A stretch of DNA of 64,000 nucleotides, from the NCBI GenBank assembly GCA_964035545.1, contig OZ037768.1, forward strand, positions 11,564,741 to 11,628,740, given 5' to 3'. The notes beneath the pieces were generated by a model. That model saw only the letters and a program-made list of their open reading frames with translations. It was not told where the DNA came from and did not search any database. The DNA comes from Bugula neritina (taxonomy: Eukaryota > Animalia > Bryozoa). Of this stretch, positions 36,566 to 59,754 are shown piece after piece. A program made the translations under genes and the position numbers. Position 1 is the first letter of the stretch, and each line of letters starts with the position of its first letter.

Positions 36566-37573
36566 TATTTATCACGAATACTAAAATAATGAAATGTAAG
36601 GGTAGCTCAAACTGCAAGTCTAAAAGTAAGTCAAGCTGTAAAATTAAAATAATAAATATAATTATAATAAATTCAAATTGTTATTGAAATTATATGATTA
36701 TTATATTTAATAATATTATATTTATTGATTACCAATTCATCATGTCATTATCAATGTAATTTCCATTAATACTCCCATTCATTCAAATTAAATGTAGTGT
36801 AAGTGTTATGCTCAGAAGTTAGAGTTCGTTTAGTTTATAGTTATACTTATTTACTGTTGAGTTGTCAGATCTTATCTCATTTAAGATTTTACTTTTACTT
36901 TTTGTGTTACTAATTTTTTCCTTTAGTTATCGGGTTTTTCAGAAAGCCTGGAACTTATTAGAGCAAATAGGGCTGGGACTTTAGCCCTTAACTTTTATTT
37001 TCACTACAATTTTTGTTCAAAATAAATACTATATTCAATTGTTATTATGCAATTAACAACATCATGCGAAATCGGTAAGCTACAAAGTGATACAATGAAT
37101 AACTGGCATATTCTATTAAAAAAAAAACATTTTTTTGGGAAACTATACTACTTTTAATTAGACTTCAATGTTATAGGATAAAGCATAATCAATCAATCTC
37201 AGCTCCTGGCACTAACAACTAATAAATAACATTACCCAGATCAGTATAAATGTGAGATTTGTAAAATATTTGTACATAAATTATTTAAGAGCAATAAACT
37301 TTAGTTATTGTTGATTGTAGTTGGGTCGAAGCTACATTTCTTTGTTCATATTGATTGCTATTTACTAAGTTTTCAAATTCAAGGGAGTAAGGAATAAATG
37401 AAGGATCACTTGTTCTCATACAGACGTCACAAATCTAATTTATATCATACCATTGAGGGCCTGTGTTAAGAATAAATAAGTAACTGCGATAGTATTTGTA
37501 ATTATTTCTATATATTATGTTATTTATTACCAGTTTGTATTGATTAGGTTTACTTTGGGCTTGAGCAGTCAAG

Positions 37574-40500
37574 ATGTCAATAAATCAGTTAGGTGCTGCA
37601 GGTAGGTGTGATTATTAATAACTGAAATACAAACTCAATATGATATTTTAATCCTTTTTTTATAGTTGTGTAATTTTTTAGTCTCACCTAAAACAAATTA
37701 TGACTGAATTTATCTCAAATTAATCTTCACATGTTTCCTCCTTTAATTGTCTTATGCTTTTAAAAGTAACCAAACAATCTGATTTAAAACCTTAGATTAA
37801 TTTATATATATTATGCAATAAAACTTTTTTTCCTAACCGTTAGAAAAAGTTAAATTACTTGTATTTTATAATTAATATTTTTTAGAATTAGACTCTTCTA
37901 ACTTTGCTATATATTTAAGAACTTTGTGTTCACCAACATTTTATGCACCCCAGTATGTGTAACGATTTCTAATTGGGTTAAATTTCAATCATCTATCAAT
38001 ATACTATATATTGCAAGATGTCACCATGTACAGTATTTTCTTGTATTACCAACTTGTTCAAGTTTACCAGACTATAATTGAATGAAAATTTGTCCCTGCA
38101 GCAGATCCGCTCATTCACTGCTATATGATGACATTTATTTAGTATTGGGTATATTTTTCAGTTAAAAATGATTTTCTAATCTGCATATAAAATTATTAAT
38201 TTCTAATAGTTTGTGTTTTGTAAAGCAGGAGGTGACAATATAGGGGTAGATGATGATGACCCAAACTTTAACACACCACCAGAGAGTTTAGAAGATCTGA
38301 GACTAGAGCTGTCTCCAGATATAGACTCAACTGAAGAATATATTAGAAGGAATCAGGAATGGATAGCCAAATCTGAAGGTTGGAGGTTTTACATCTGAAT
38401 TTAAAGTAACTAAAATATAGAATCCAAACAAATGTTTTTGTTTCACTTTCATAACAAACTTTTTTCTGAAATATAAGTTTGTCTTTTAAAGCATATTTTA
38501 CACTGTTGCAGTTGAGTTGGTCCTTCATTTATAATCGTTTTGATTTGTAAACTTACAAAGTAATATTTTTATAGCATCAGTGCGAGAATTGAAAGCAACT
38601 GTGAAAAGTTTGATTGGTCAGACCAGCTCCCGCAAAGCAGGTTGGTACTTGTTGGTGGTCGAACTATAGTGATAGCTTTCCAGACTCTCTCTGTATCTAT
38701 AGTCAGTTAGTTTCTGTTTTGTAATCATGATCATGAAAGAGTCATTGTTTGACTAACAGAATTACAGAACAGAACCCTTCAAATGAGACAGATGAAAAAG
38801 GAGATTGAAGAAATCAGTATGGAGGCAATAGAGAAGGAAGAGGAGGAGCTAAAGAAGTTAATAGTCGTTGAGACTGAGAGACAGAAATCTCACAGTGACA
38901 CTGATCAACCAGGTTGTTAGTTGTAAAGCTTGTATAAGGATAGTCAATATAAAGTTCAATGTCTGCTAAGTTGTTCATGTGGCTGTTCTAGATTTGATAG
39001 TTGCCTTCATGTTTGTTTGGAAAGCAAATTGATTCTATAGTAAATGTTTTAAATAATAGCAATAATTAAGATTTGGCAAGTCAAGTATAGTTATTATATG
39101 AACAAATATATTCTACATCAATTTGCATGTAATGGGTTTAACTGAAGCTTAGAACAACAAATTTTATTTTATAGATGTGTTCAACACATGCTGGCTTTTT
39201 GAAAAAAATTTGCCGAATTTTTACAAACAAAAGTTTTTAATAATCTAGAAACTTTATTTATCATGTATATATTTTTTATGTTGTAACTAGTGAAATATGT
39301 CAGTTGACTCTAATAAAATAGTTTCACCACTTTTTACTCTTGCTGGTAAAAATACCTTTTTTCTAAGCATTTTTTCTGTCACTTATTCACATCTAATCAT
39401 TTTTGCTGTGCCAGCAAGATTTAATTGGCTGGTGTCCTTGCTCATCACTGATGTCGGTCAAGTAACGCATGTTTAAAACTGTATTACAGGAAATTTTGCA
39501 AAGCTTGAGGAATTGAAGCTCAAGTTGGATGCCTATAAAGAGCATTTGGGGTTGGAAATTGATGTTCCTTCACAAGGTATAAGTTCTATTGTTAGCATCC
39601 ATCTTTATAGTATAGTCCGCAAAAGACCACAGAAGTTATATGTGGGTAATGTTTATTGCGCAATATAAAATCAGATGAATCGAATGGATTTTTGCCTGCA
39701 TATACTTTCATGGGAAGACAACTTACAAATTACAACTGCCCGTCCACAATTTAGGCACTTGAAATTCAGTAAATAAGATGAGGATAGGAACAGCTCATAC
39801 AGTTTGACGGTTCAATTTATGTACTTCTGAAGTAGTTCGGAAAAAGAGATAGTTGTTATTTTAAGAGGAGTGATAGACCTGAGAGTGCATGAAAATAGCG
39901 CATCTGCCCTCAACTTATAAATTAAATTTTGGAACTATAAGTAGTGAAATTTATTTAATATTAAAATATCGTATTTGTCTACAAACACCTAACGTATGAT
40001 TGTTTGCTATTACAAATTGGTGTAATATGAACTAGACATAAGTTGTGGAAGAAGTTGAAAAAATTTTACCATTATAATTTTCATGTGTTGTTAAAAATTA
40101 AGAGACTCACTAATACTCAGTATGCTTTTTACACTGTACAAATATATGGGTAAAAACAGCAAAACCTGCAAAAGGTATTAACAAGCTTTCACAAAGCATT
40201 TTACGCTAACAGCAGTAGAGTTTCAAAATATAACCAACCAAGAAACTAATTTAAGCCTCTATTTTACTACACATCTACAACTTTTGCCCTCCTTTCCCAA
40301 ATATATATAAATAATATATATTTTTCTTAAAGCTAATGTTTCTAATGGAGCTTTCATTCCAAGCTTTGTAGTTATATAAAAATTCACCAAGCATAATTTT
40401 ATCCAATTTTGTTTTCTTTGAACACTATCAACTTATTCTATCTGTTTAAGGAGGATGGATTGAATTTATCTTCACCAGAATTGATACCGAGTCCACAAAT

Positions 40501-40811
40501 GCTACTCACAGCATCAAGCTTACTGTAGATAACGAACATTATAAATGTGGGTATTTTGTATCCAGATCTTCAGCAGACTAATATGCCATGATTGCTTTCA
40601 AGGAAATATTAGTTTTCAAACATTTTCTTTTGCAAATATTACTAGTTCAGTTTTTCATGCGGTCATTCTAATTTTTGCAGGCATCTCATGTGACCCGCAA
40701 GTTCCAAAATTACAAGACCTCCTTCAGCAACTCAACACTCACCATGACCTTCACCAGTTTATGACTGAACTCCGTACGGAGTTTAAAAATATAGCCAACA
40801 AAGAAAATTAA
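37574..40811 (+). CDS. SPC25: Kinetochore protein Spc25 (NDC80 complex), ~236 aa
   Basis: Exons 37574-37601, 38229-38378, 38575-38640, 38760-38912, 39490-39576, 40451-40546, 40681-40811 (711 nt in frame). Coiled coil followed by RWD-like YKEHLGLEI..IEFIFTRID..YKCISCDPQV..FMTELRTEF, matching the Spc25 C-terminus. Confidence 0.85.
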
Positions 40812-41007
40812 TCCATTCTCATTTTACTATGTTTTCTTCCACAATTTCACTAAATTTATATATATTAATTTATATATATATATTGATAATGATATATTTA
40901 TAGTTCGCTACTGTGTTTTTGTTTTTCTAGTGCATAAAATATAATTCTAAATAATATTATGTGGTATTTTTTAATAATTTTTATTGTGAACAAATGATAC
41001 AAAATAA

Positions 41008-42613
41008 TTAGAATCTTAGTTTCTGGAAAAACCATTTGTTTTTTCCAGTTTTGTATCGTTCTTCAAATCTGGCTTTAGCTTCCCTTCTAGCTCGGCGCCT
41101 TTTTGATGGATCTTTGAATGCATCTTTATTGACAGCAGCTTTGTCCAAAGTGACATCTACTGAGTATCTAGGAAGTTGAATCAATTATAATTGTGAATCA
41201 GCATACTTTCCATACAGTTTTGTGGAAGATACTTTAGCAAATGCAATACTTGTTCAGGAATTGGTTACATATCTGCATACGAATCACCTATGCTTCAATA
41301 CATGGAAAAGCATTCATACACAGAACTTGGTATATACACAAAATATGCTTGGTATAGTTTAATGTAAAAGAACTCAACACATCTTTCTGCTTGGCAGACA
41401 AACTAGCAAGTTATTTAAAAATCAGGCAGACATGACACATTAGCAGGCTAAGCCTTCAGTATAAAAAGGCTATTCTTTTGGAGCATTGCGTGTTGCCTTA
41501 AAATGAGGTACTGCTGAGGAAGAAATCTGACTAGCACATCAAATTTTAATTAGCAATAGGTGAACAAGAAAAACTTTGCATAACATAGAAATGATGCTGA
41601 GGACAACTGTCCATCTGCTTAAGTTCTAGAGAAAAAGTTGAAGGGTCCATACCCTTACCAAAGTCCAAGAATAACTATATGCAAGAGAAAACTGAAGTCC
41701 AACTAGTACAAATGGAAGTCCAACTAAACTTGCAGGTAATTCTGTTGGCAGCTTACCTTGTGGGCATAAGATGGTTATAGTTGTATACACGGACAAATGT
41801 CTTTATTTTAGATCTTTGCTTGAGTTTTTTCTTACTCATACTTTTTGTCACAATTCTGGGGTATCTGTCAATTCCAGCTACTAAAGCATGTCCATAGGGC
41901 TTTTCAGTACTACCTTCATCGTAGTTCTAAAAAATAGATGCATCTTTATATACAGTGTATATAAAATTTAATTGAACGCTCGTAATCTATTGGTGCATTA
42001 TATTTATAGTATGATATACAATCTTAAAATTTTCAACTAAGGAGCTTTCAGCCTAACTTTCTACTTTTGTAAGTGAATAACAAAAGCATATTGCCATCGC
42101 AAACATCTATATAGGAAACTTAGTTGTGTAGAAAAATGAACGAACTTATTTTAATAACATTGAAAGGGCTTTGTGTTTTACTATTTTTTGCCAAATAAAT
42201 TGTAGTACAGTTAACATTGTGATACTTGGTCGACTAAGTTATTTTAAAAATGAAACAGAAGATTTTTAACATTGGTTTAAATCCCAACTAAAGGGTGCAA
42301 AGGCAGTACAAATGCTAAATCAAATTGAAACTAAAATTTTTCAACAATATGTTTTCTATTTTATTCGCAGTACCATTACTATTACTACTGATGAATTTTC
42401 AAAAGTAGTTCATCAAAATTTACAGGTCACTAAAACTCGAGTCTCAGGATGACCATCAACATACAAATGACATGCGTATCACTACGGCTACTAAAACTAG
42501 AACTGTCCAGCTGATCAGTGGGTGTAACTTACCTTGACTATCACTGCTTTTCGCCCTGCAAACCGTCCGTTTAGAACTAGCACAACTTTGCCACTCTTCA
42601 TAAACCGACCCAT
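41008..42613 (-). CDS. RPL27: 60S ribosomal protein L27 (eL27), 136 aa
   Basis: Exons 42613-42533 ([27 protein letters not shown]), 41926-41757 (..[23 protein letters not shown]), 41167-41008 ([20 protein letters not shown]). Minus-strand AATAAA ~25 nt after the stop. Confidence 0.99.
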
Positions 42614-43206
42614 GATGGCTAAAAGAATAATCAACTTTGAATATATTCACAATGACCATCACCCAGTGAGCGAGCCACCAACAACTAGATATTGCACCAA
42701 TATTGTTTCACAACAATACAAACAGTTTTTAAAAAAGTAAGATATTTAAAAACATAAATATAGAAAAAATTTATTGTTTGGTAGATGATTTCGATTTCTA
42801 TGCACATAGATGGATTGGGATAGAAAATTTAGGCAAGTATTATTACTTACTAACCAGGTATAGAGTTGACGAGAAAAAGAATTCCTTCACGCGAGATTTA
42901 ATTTGTTGGAGTCGCTACATGACCTTTATTTGGTGATGTAATTCAAAGTCCAAAATAGCAACTGAGTGTGACCTACAATAATTATACCGATGCTTTACAC
43001 AGTGCAATTTTTAAGCTTTGGCTATCGGCATTTTCTTGGTCTATTTTACTAATATTCGACGGATCGAGTCGGACTGAGATTGAGAAATATTCAATAGTTA
43101 TTGTAATCATATGTTAACACGATTTAGACAGCTTTTCTAGATTTCACAGACTATTAATTTATAAAGTTCTTTTTTGTTTTGAACGCATTAGAACAAGTTA
43201 TATAAA

Positions 43207-49704
<6,498 letters not shown>

Positions 49705-52647
49705 ATAACTATATCTAGTCAACCATTCTAAAAGTGTAAGTGTTGTTTACACCAAAATTACTTGAGTATTAGTATTTACTTTAAGAATTTAATATATTTT
49801 GTTTCCCATTGTATAACTTGCCAGCAAAGTATTTCAGCTGCCAACTTATCTGTTCAATGACCCTGTAGTACAAGATATTTGAGTATTGCGTAAAATAACA
49901 TCTTGTGACTTGATCACTCATTAGGAAGAATTGGTTTTCTAGAAATTTTCAAAGCACACATGTATTGCATAACAAGTGTGATGTAAGCTCATGTGCAGTT
50001 CTATCTCAAAAAATACCACTCTTGTAGTGTTTGTCTTTAATTATATTTAGTTAGGCATATGCGTCACAAAATTATAGAAAGTACAGTGTGGGATTTTTAT
50101 AACTATAGAATAAATGTTACAAGCCTGGCTAGTTGATTAATATAAAACTATTTTTGTAACAGAGTCAGTTACTCAAGTGTATAGGATACTTAGTTGTGTG
50201 ATAAATGGTTGCTGTATGTCTGAGCAAACAGTGTTTAGTGCTTTGTTGACCTCTCTGTGTTAAATCCTACTGAATACAGCAGCAGATTTTATAACTAAAC
50301 TATGTAATCCATCCTTTTAACATTGTTTTCAGATTTTTTACATTAAATTAAGCATTCTTGAACATTTTGAAGTTGATTTTATGTTTTCAAATACAAGTTG
50401 GTGTATTTTTCAACATAAGTGTTCGTTAATTACCTTGACCTTTTTGCAGAGTTACTGGCGAAGGAAATGACAAGAGAATCAGAAACCTTAACAACTTGAT
50501 AGCCAATTAAGATGTTAGAATACCTTCACTATCTCTAGTAGATTACTCACTCAATATTGTGGTACATTATGGTGCAAAAGAATAATATGAATAAATAATA
50601 TATTTACTGTCTATTGGGGCAAGTAATTCTCTGTTACATGCTTTATACATTTTATAGTAAATGGTTGGATTGGCCTTCCTTTTACAGAATGTATTTACCA
50701 TTCCAACATTATTCATGTTATCAAAGCTACTAATACTGTTATAACTATTTTAGTGATATTTATGTTGTAAACTAATTTAGGTTCCAAGTAATGTATAGTT
50801 CATCTTTTGTATGCCTGTCTCTTTCAACGCAGTTGCTTTGAAATTTGGAACTTTCTATTAATTTAAACTAATCATGTTCAAAAATAAATGTGAAAACCTA
50901 GAAATGTCTATTACTAGGTAATCAACACAGTATAAATTTGTTTTTCTAACTACTTTGTTCACAAAATTATGACATGTCATTATTCAGAGTTAAATGATGC
51001 ATGTGTTTTTGCTGTGTACACTGTTTGATTGGTTTTATTGTAAATTATGCTGGAACAAAATAATATTATATCAATAAAGTTTCTCCATTTTTATTTTCTA
51101 TTGCAATTTTTTCATGTTGCTAATGAACTAGTATGCCAGTTGAATTCTCTCTTGTGTAATTTCAACCTCTGGTGGTCCTTTAAGGTTGAACTTTCATATT
51201 AATTCGAGTGACTTTGGCCATTCATCTTGGGCATGCAAACTTTTCTTACAGGCTATTCCATGAGTCATTCATTTCCATTAAGTTATGCGTTCATTGTTGC
51301 TCAGATGCATAGATACACAGAATGTTTGCTTTGGGGATCAAATTATAGCTCTATTCAATTTTCTAAGTTCTGAACAACCAAAGTCATGGTCACTGATTGA
51401 CTATTGCCACATTAGTCATTATTTGAATTGGTTCCAATTCCAAGATGGCAGGAGTTGATTCCCCATTGGAGGGAAGCAGCTAGTTGTTGCCCAGGGTACT
51501 GTTTAGTTTTCTTCCCTGCAAGCTAGATTGGCTGAGCTTCAACTCATGAAAGGAACTGACAAAGGACTCATTGACATGATTAGTCATTGTGATTGGCATT
51601 AGCTAGTATTTCTGTATTAAAATCACACCAGCCAGTGCACCTAGCTACTCTATTTTGTTAGCTGCTGCCACTAGGCCTTGTTTTAACAGTCATTGGTTGC
51701 TGCTCTCATAATCTAGATGTTTGGGCAGCCATAGTGTATCCTGTTTGTCTATCAGCAGTTGGTTGAATATTCCAATTTGATGATAGGGGTGAACGAGATA
51801 TCAGCATATTTTGCCAGAACTGCCAAAAATACCGCTTTGGTGTGTGATGAATAATGTTCACGTGTTGTTTTGAATGTAACAGTGACAGAGTCCATCAAGA
51901 TTGAAACTTGCTTGGTGACTGTCTGCTAGTAGCTATTCACTTTTAGCATAGTGTGCTAGGGTAACTCTCTTCCAGTATCTATCAATATAGCATCTGTCCA
52001 ACTAGCTGATCTTATGGGGGTAGTGCTTAGGCCTCCGTAGAAATATATATGAAATATTAAACTAAATACTTGTGTTCTATCTGTTATAGTGGGTAACTCA
52101 AGTTTTCTATGCAGCTAGATAGTACCTAATCAATATTATTGCAATTAATATTACTTAAATCTAATGCTAATTGGGCTCAATGGCCCAATTAATATTGGTT
52201 TTTTACACAATGTGTAATATGTATTAACAATGTTTTCAATGTTAACAGATATGATTTTATTCTTCTAAAATTGATTATATTGAAATAAACTTTGACAAAT
52301 TGTTTATTGATGCTATTTGGGTAGTTCATATTACCAATTATCAAAATTTGAAAAGGATAAATAAATCTGGGATATTTCGGGGTAATTTTAGACTGTGCAT
52401 GATTTGAAAACATTTTAAAAAACACAGGTTTTGATATAATAGTGATACAATGACACTCGCATTGTTTTAGTACTATATAACAGCAAAGTGACATAACAAA
52501 AGAAGATAGTCTTCATAATATGCATTTTAAACCAACCTCATCAACATTGAGTGTTCAAGTAAACATACTAGTATTATGTAATATGTATCCTTCATAAGAC
52601 TCAAGTTATGGCTATTAGGATGCTGCTCTTCCCTAAACCTAGAGGTA

Positions 52648-52805
52648 GGTGCAGTAAAGGAGAACTTGAGAAAAGCCTGTGTTCTAAATCAGAAATGTCG
52701 CAAAAGAAGTTATGTTCTTGCAAGAATTTCCACCCAAGCCGCAAACCAGAATTTAATAAGAAAATTAAAGAACCGAGGCTAACTCAATATCTTCACTACT
52801 GCCCC
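52648..52805 (+). mobile_element. ~150-bp MITE family, copy 2
   Basis: ta|GGTGCAGTAAAGGAGAACTTGAG ... CTCAATATCTTCACTACTGCCCC|ta. Confidence 0.75.
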
Positions 52806-54078
52806 TAAAAGTTATACAATTCGTTATTTCTCCAATATAGTTTTAAGTTTCGTTTAGGTTTTTCCACCATGGTACAGTATGAGAACCCATACCATCTTCG
52901 TTTAACCGTAGGTATAATAATTAAATTTAGCATGGCAGAAGAATTTGATGTTTTGCCCAGGTTCCGATTATCTATCCATCAATGAGCAATCTAAGTTGAA
53001 CTGTGTTAAAATTGTAAAAAATAATTATGAGATCATAATTGCTATATATAAATACTGAATAGTGTTTCTATATTTATATGTTTGTTTAAATATTTCATCT
53101 CATGTTCGCCCTATCGGGATTGAAGATGCAGCTCATCATGATGATCTTTGCTTGATGAATCATGTTCAAAAGCCTGTGCCCCTCTTTATCATATGATGAT
53201 ATTGTAATTGCCTAGTCATGGAAAGAGGGCGATGTCTTTATCATTTCATTCTAATAGAAATTTTTTGAAAAAATCCTGCATTTTTTTCCAATCCAATGAG
53301 CTAACTTCAGACTTTGAGGAATTGGAAAGTTTATACTGCCATGACTAACTTCTTGCCACAAGGAAAATCTTGGCATCCATTTTTCAACCTTTGACTTGAA
53401 TAGATATATGTAAACATTCAACATTCTTCAATTATGTAATATTAATAAACTGAAAGTGTATTTTTTCAACAGAATAGCATATTTTGGCAAGCCTTTATCA
53501 ATAGTAGATGTAGTAAACAGAGTAATTCTGCAAATTATGTAAGAATACAATTCTTAGCAGAGTGCCAACTGCCATTTTATAGCTTGCAAATATGTAGTTT
53601 GAGTTCACAGTTCATGCCATCATTATTATTATCATTATTATGAGATATTCAACAGCACCATGCTGCAGTGCATACTTGTATAAATCTGTAGTTTAGCTGT
53701 GATCAGCATTATTCGTTTTTATTGGTTATAGGCATGAATGTTTTAATCTTTGTCCACTCAGTATAGCTATAATTAAAACATTGTGTTTGACTTCTTATGC
53801 ATAACTTTTTCACTTCCAATGTGACTCATTAACATATCTGTTTTCTTATTGGTTGAAATCGATTTGGGGAAAATTCAGTGATCGAATGGGTGAGTCATAC
53901 AATGCCTACTTGCATGTAGGCATTGTATGCTAACTTTTTAATCTAGATAAAACTGTTGGTTCAAGCTTAGTGGCTAGCAGTTGTCTTCAAACAAGCACAT
54001 TAATAGGTAGCTACAATTTGTATAATAAGTAAACTTAACCTAGACCGGTGAACGTCATAGTGTTACCGAACCAGGAAG

Positions 54079-57734
<3,656 letters not shown>

Positions 57735-59219
57735 GACTGATCATACCTTGTATTATGGGAAGATGTGGGTTTAGGTAATGCTGGAGAAGCTGACCTGTCA
57801 TAATTGCTAGGTGCTTGTGCTGCACTCAAGAAACTTTTTCCAGTCTACAGAAAGTTACATGGAATAAGAAATGATGACATTGTATTATATTCCGAGTCTT
57901 CATTTTAGCATAAGCTATAAATAGCACTCACACACTATACTATCAACCTACAAAGCTGCATATTAAGTACGCTGAGTTACTTTATTTATTTGTATATATA
58001 TTTTTGTATTTAAACTAAAACATGCGTATTCAACTATTTTAATATGTAAATATTGTCATGTAATTATAAAATCATCCTATATATGTTAGTAATTAACACA
58101 AAAAGATAAAGTTGTAAAGCCAAACCTTTTTTCTACCATGCATTGTGCACTTGGATAATAAATTTCTTTACAATATTATTTATGTTTCCTTCAAAAAATC
58201 GATAAATTAATAAATACTTTTACCAGACTATTGTACCTATAGAGTTTAATGATATATAACTTCATATATCTTTTGGGAGTCAGCTATAAAATCATGAAAA
58301 GCATGCAATTATAATTGGTTTCTCACCATAGGAGTTTTTCTAACATTTGCATTGCATTGAGGGTAGGACCCTTAACTGCTATGTTACACAGTCAATACCA
58401 ACAGCATGCTGTAAAATACTTTATGTTGACTTATGTTTTACTCCCATAGTAGGGTTACTTTGTAAAGACAACGGTTTAGATACCAACCTTTAAAGCAATA
58501 GTGTGTTAATTTCATAGTGACATGCAGTGAAGCTTATTTAACAAAATTCTTTTTTTTTGGGAACTAGAGCATCACATATAAAAGAGCCAGCAAAGTTTAG
58601 AAACATTCTTTCATGTTTCAGAATGCGCACTAAAATATAATTGATTAAATTCATCATTCTCTAATAGATGATATCCTTTCAAAACTAAACATTGTGTTAC
58701 TCTGCAATAGAAGCTCGAAACTTCAAAAATATTTTTAATAAGCAATCTGGCTTTATATAATTTTAAAACTTTATCACTATTAATGTATAGTGACAAAAAT
58801 TTTAAAAGAAAAACATAATATTTACCAACAACTTGGAAGATCTGAGGTTGGCTGTTAAATACCTTTTGTTAGTCAAGCTGTGTATAAAATTTAAACAAAT
58901 TTGACTGCTAAACTTTTAACAGTCAATTTATCTAACAATTGCTTCTGATGCTGAGACTTTTATTTTAATACTAAACAACTTGAGCCAAAACTAAATTTAA
59001 TTTGCATTACATGATTATAAAACATATTCATAACCAACTTTAATAAATGTCTACTGCAGTTTTTGGTATAAATTCCTAAAAATTGCACACTCTACTTCAA
59101 AGGTTTACTACATAAAATTTATGTATAAAGTTGATAATACAAATGCATGTTTTAACGCTATGTAAGCTAGTGATAAAATATCTTAATTTTGTTAGAACCA
59201 TAAAATCAAATTACACAGA

Positions 59220-59262
59220 CATAAATATATATAAATATGTAAATATATATAAATATATAAAT

Positions 59263-59338
<76 letters not shown>
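59220..59338. repeat. (TA)n microsatellite
   Basis: Direct. Confidence 0.95.
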
Positions 59339-59340
<2 letters not shown>

Positions 59341-59754
59341 GTCATTTTACTTAATTTAGTACACACTGAAATCTCCAGTTTTTAGCTATTTTTCACAATT
59401 TTAATGGTAATGAACATGGCTTCTGCCCAAAACTAGTAAAACACCAATAAGCACACCGAAATAATTCAGGTTCTTCTTAATTTTGCTTGATTTTTCATGG
59501 TTTTTTATTTATTTAGCTCATTAGGAGTTCGGACCGTTACAAAAAACCGTAACAGTCCGTAACAACAAGTAGCTGAATAATTAGGAAAAAACATGGGAAA
59601 TGAAACAAAATTAAAAAGATTTTTGATTATTTAGGTGTATTTATCGGTGTTTTACTAGTTTTGATTAAAAACCTATGTTCATTAGCAGCTAAATGGTGAA
59701 AAATAGCTAAAAACTGAAGATATCTAGTGTGTACTAAATTAAGTAAAATGACCC
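59339..59754. mobile_element. 416-bp fully palindromic (fold-back) MITE
   Basis: Perfect terminal IR GGGTCATTTTACTTAATTTAGTACACACT; imperfect pairing continues to the central cggaccgttac..gtaacagtccg; ATAT on both sides. Confidence 0.9.

Noticed and set aside
41168-42532. Intronic snoRNAs in RPL27
   Set aside because: Isolated TGATGA/CTGA boxes and small hairpins exist, but there is no properly spaced C/D pair with a terminal stem and no complete H/ACA layout. Needs an Infernal search.
52608-52808. 66-aa Lys-rich ORF
   Set aside because: Lies largely within a MITE copy; the frame is not kept in the other copies.
53100-53240. Hairpin with ATGATGA motifs as pre-miRNA or C/D snoRNA
   Set aside because: Stem short and bulged, and no properly placed D box.
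59131-59385. YI-repeat ORF
   Set aside because: Translation of (TA)n.
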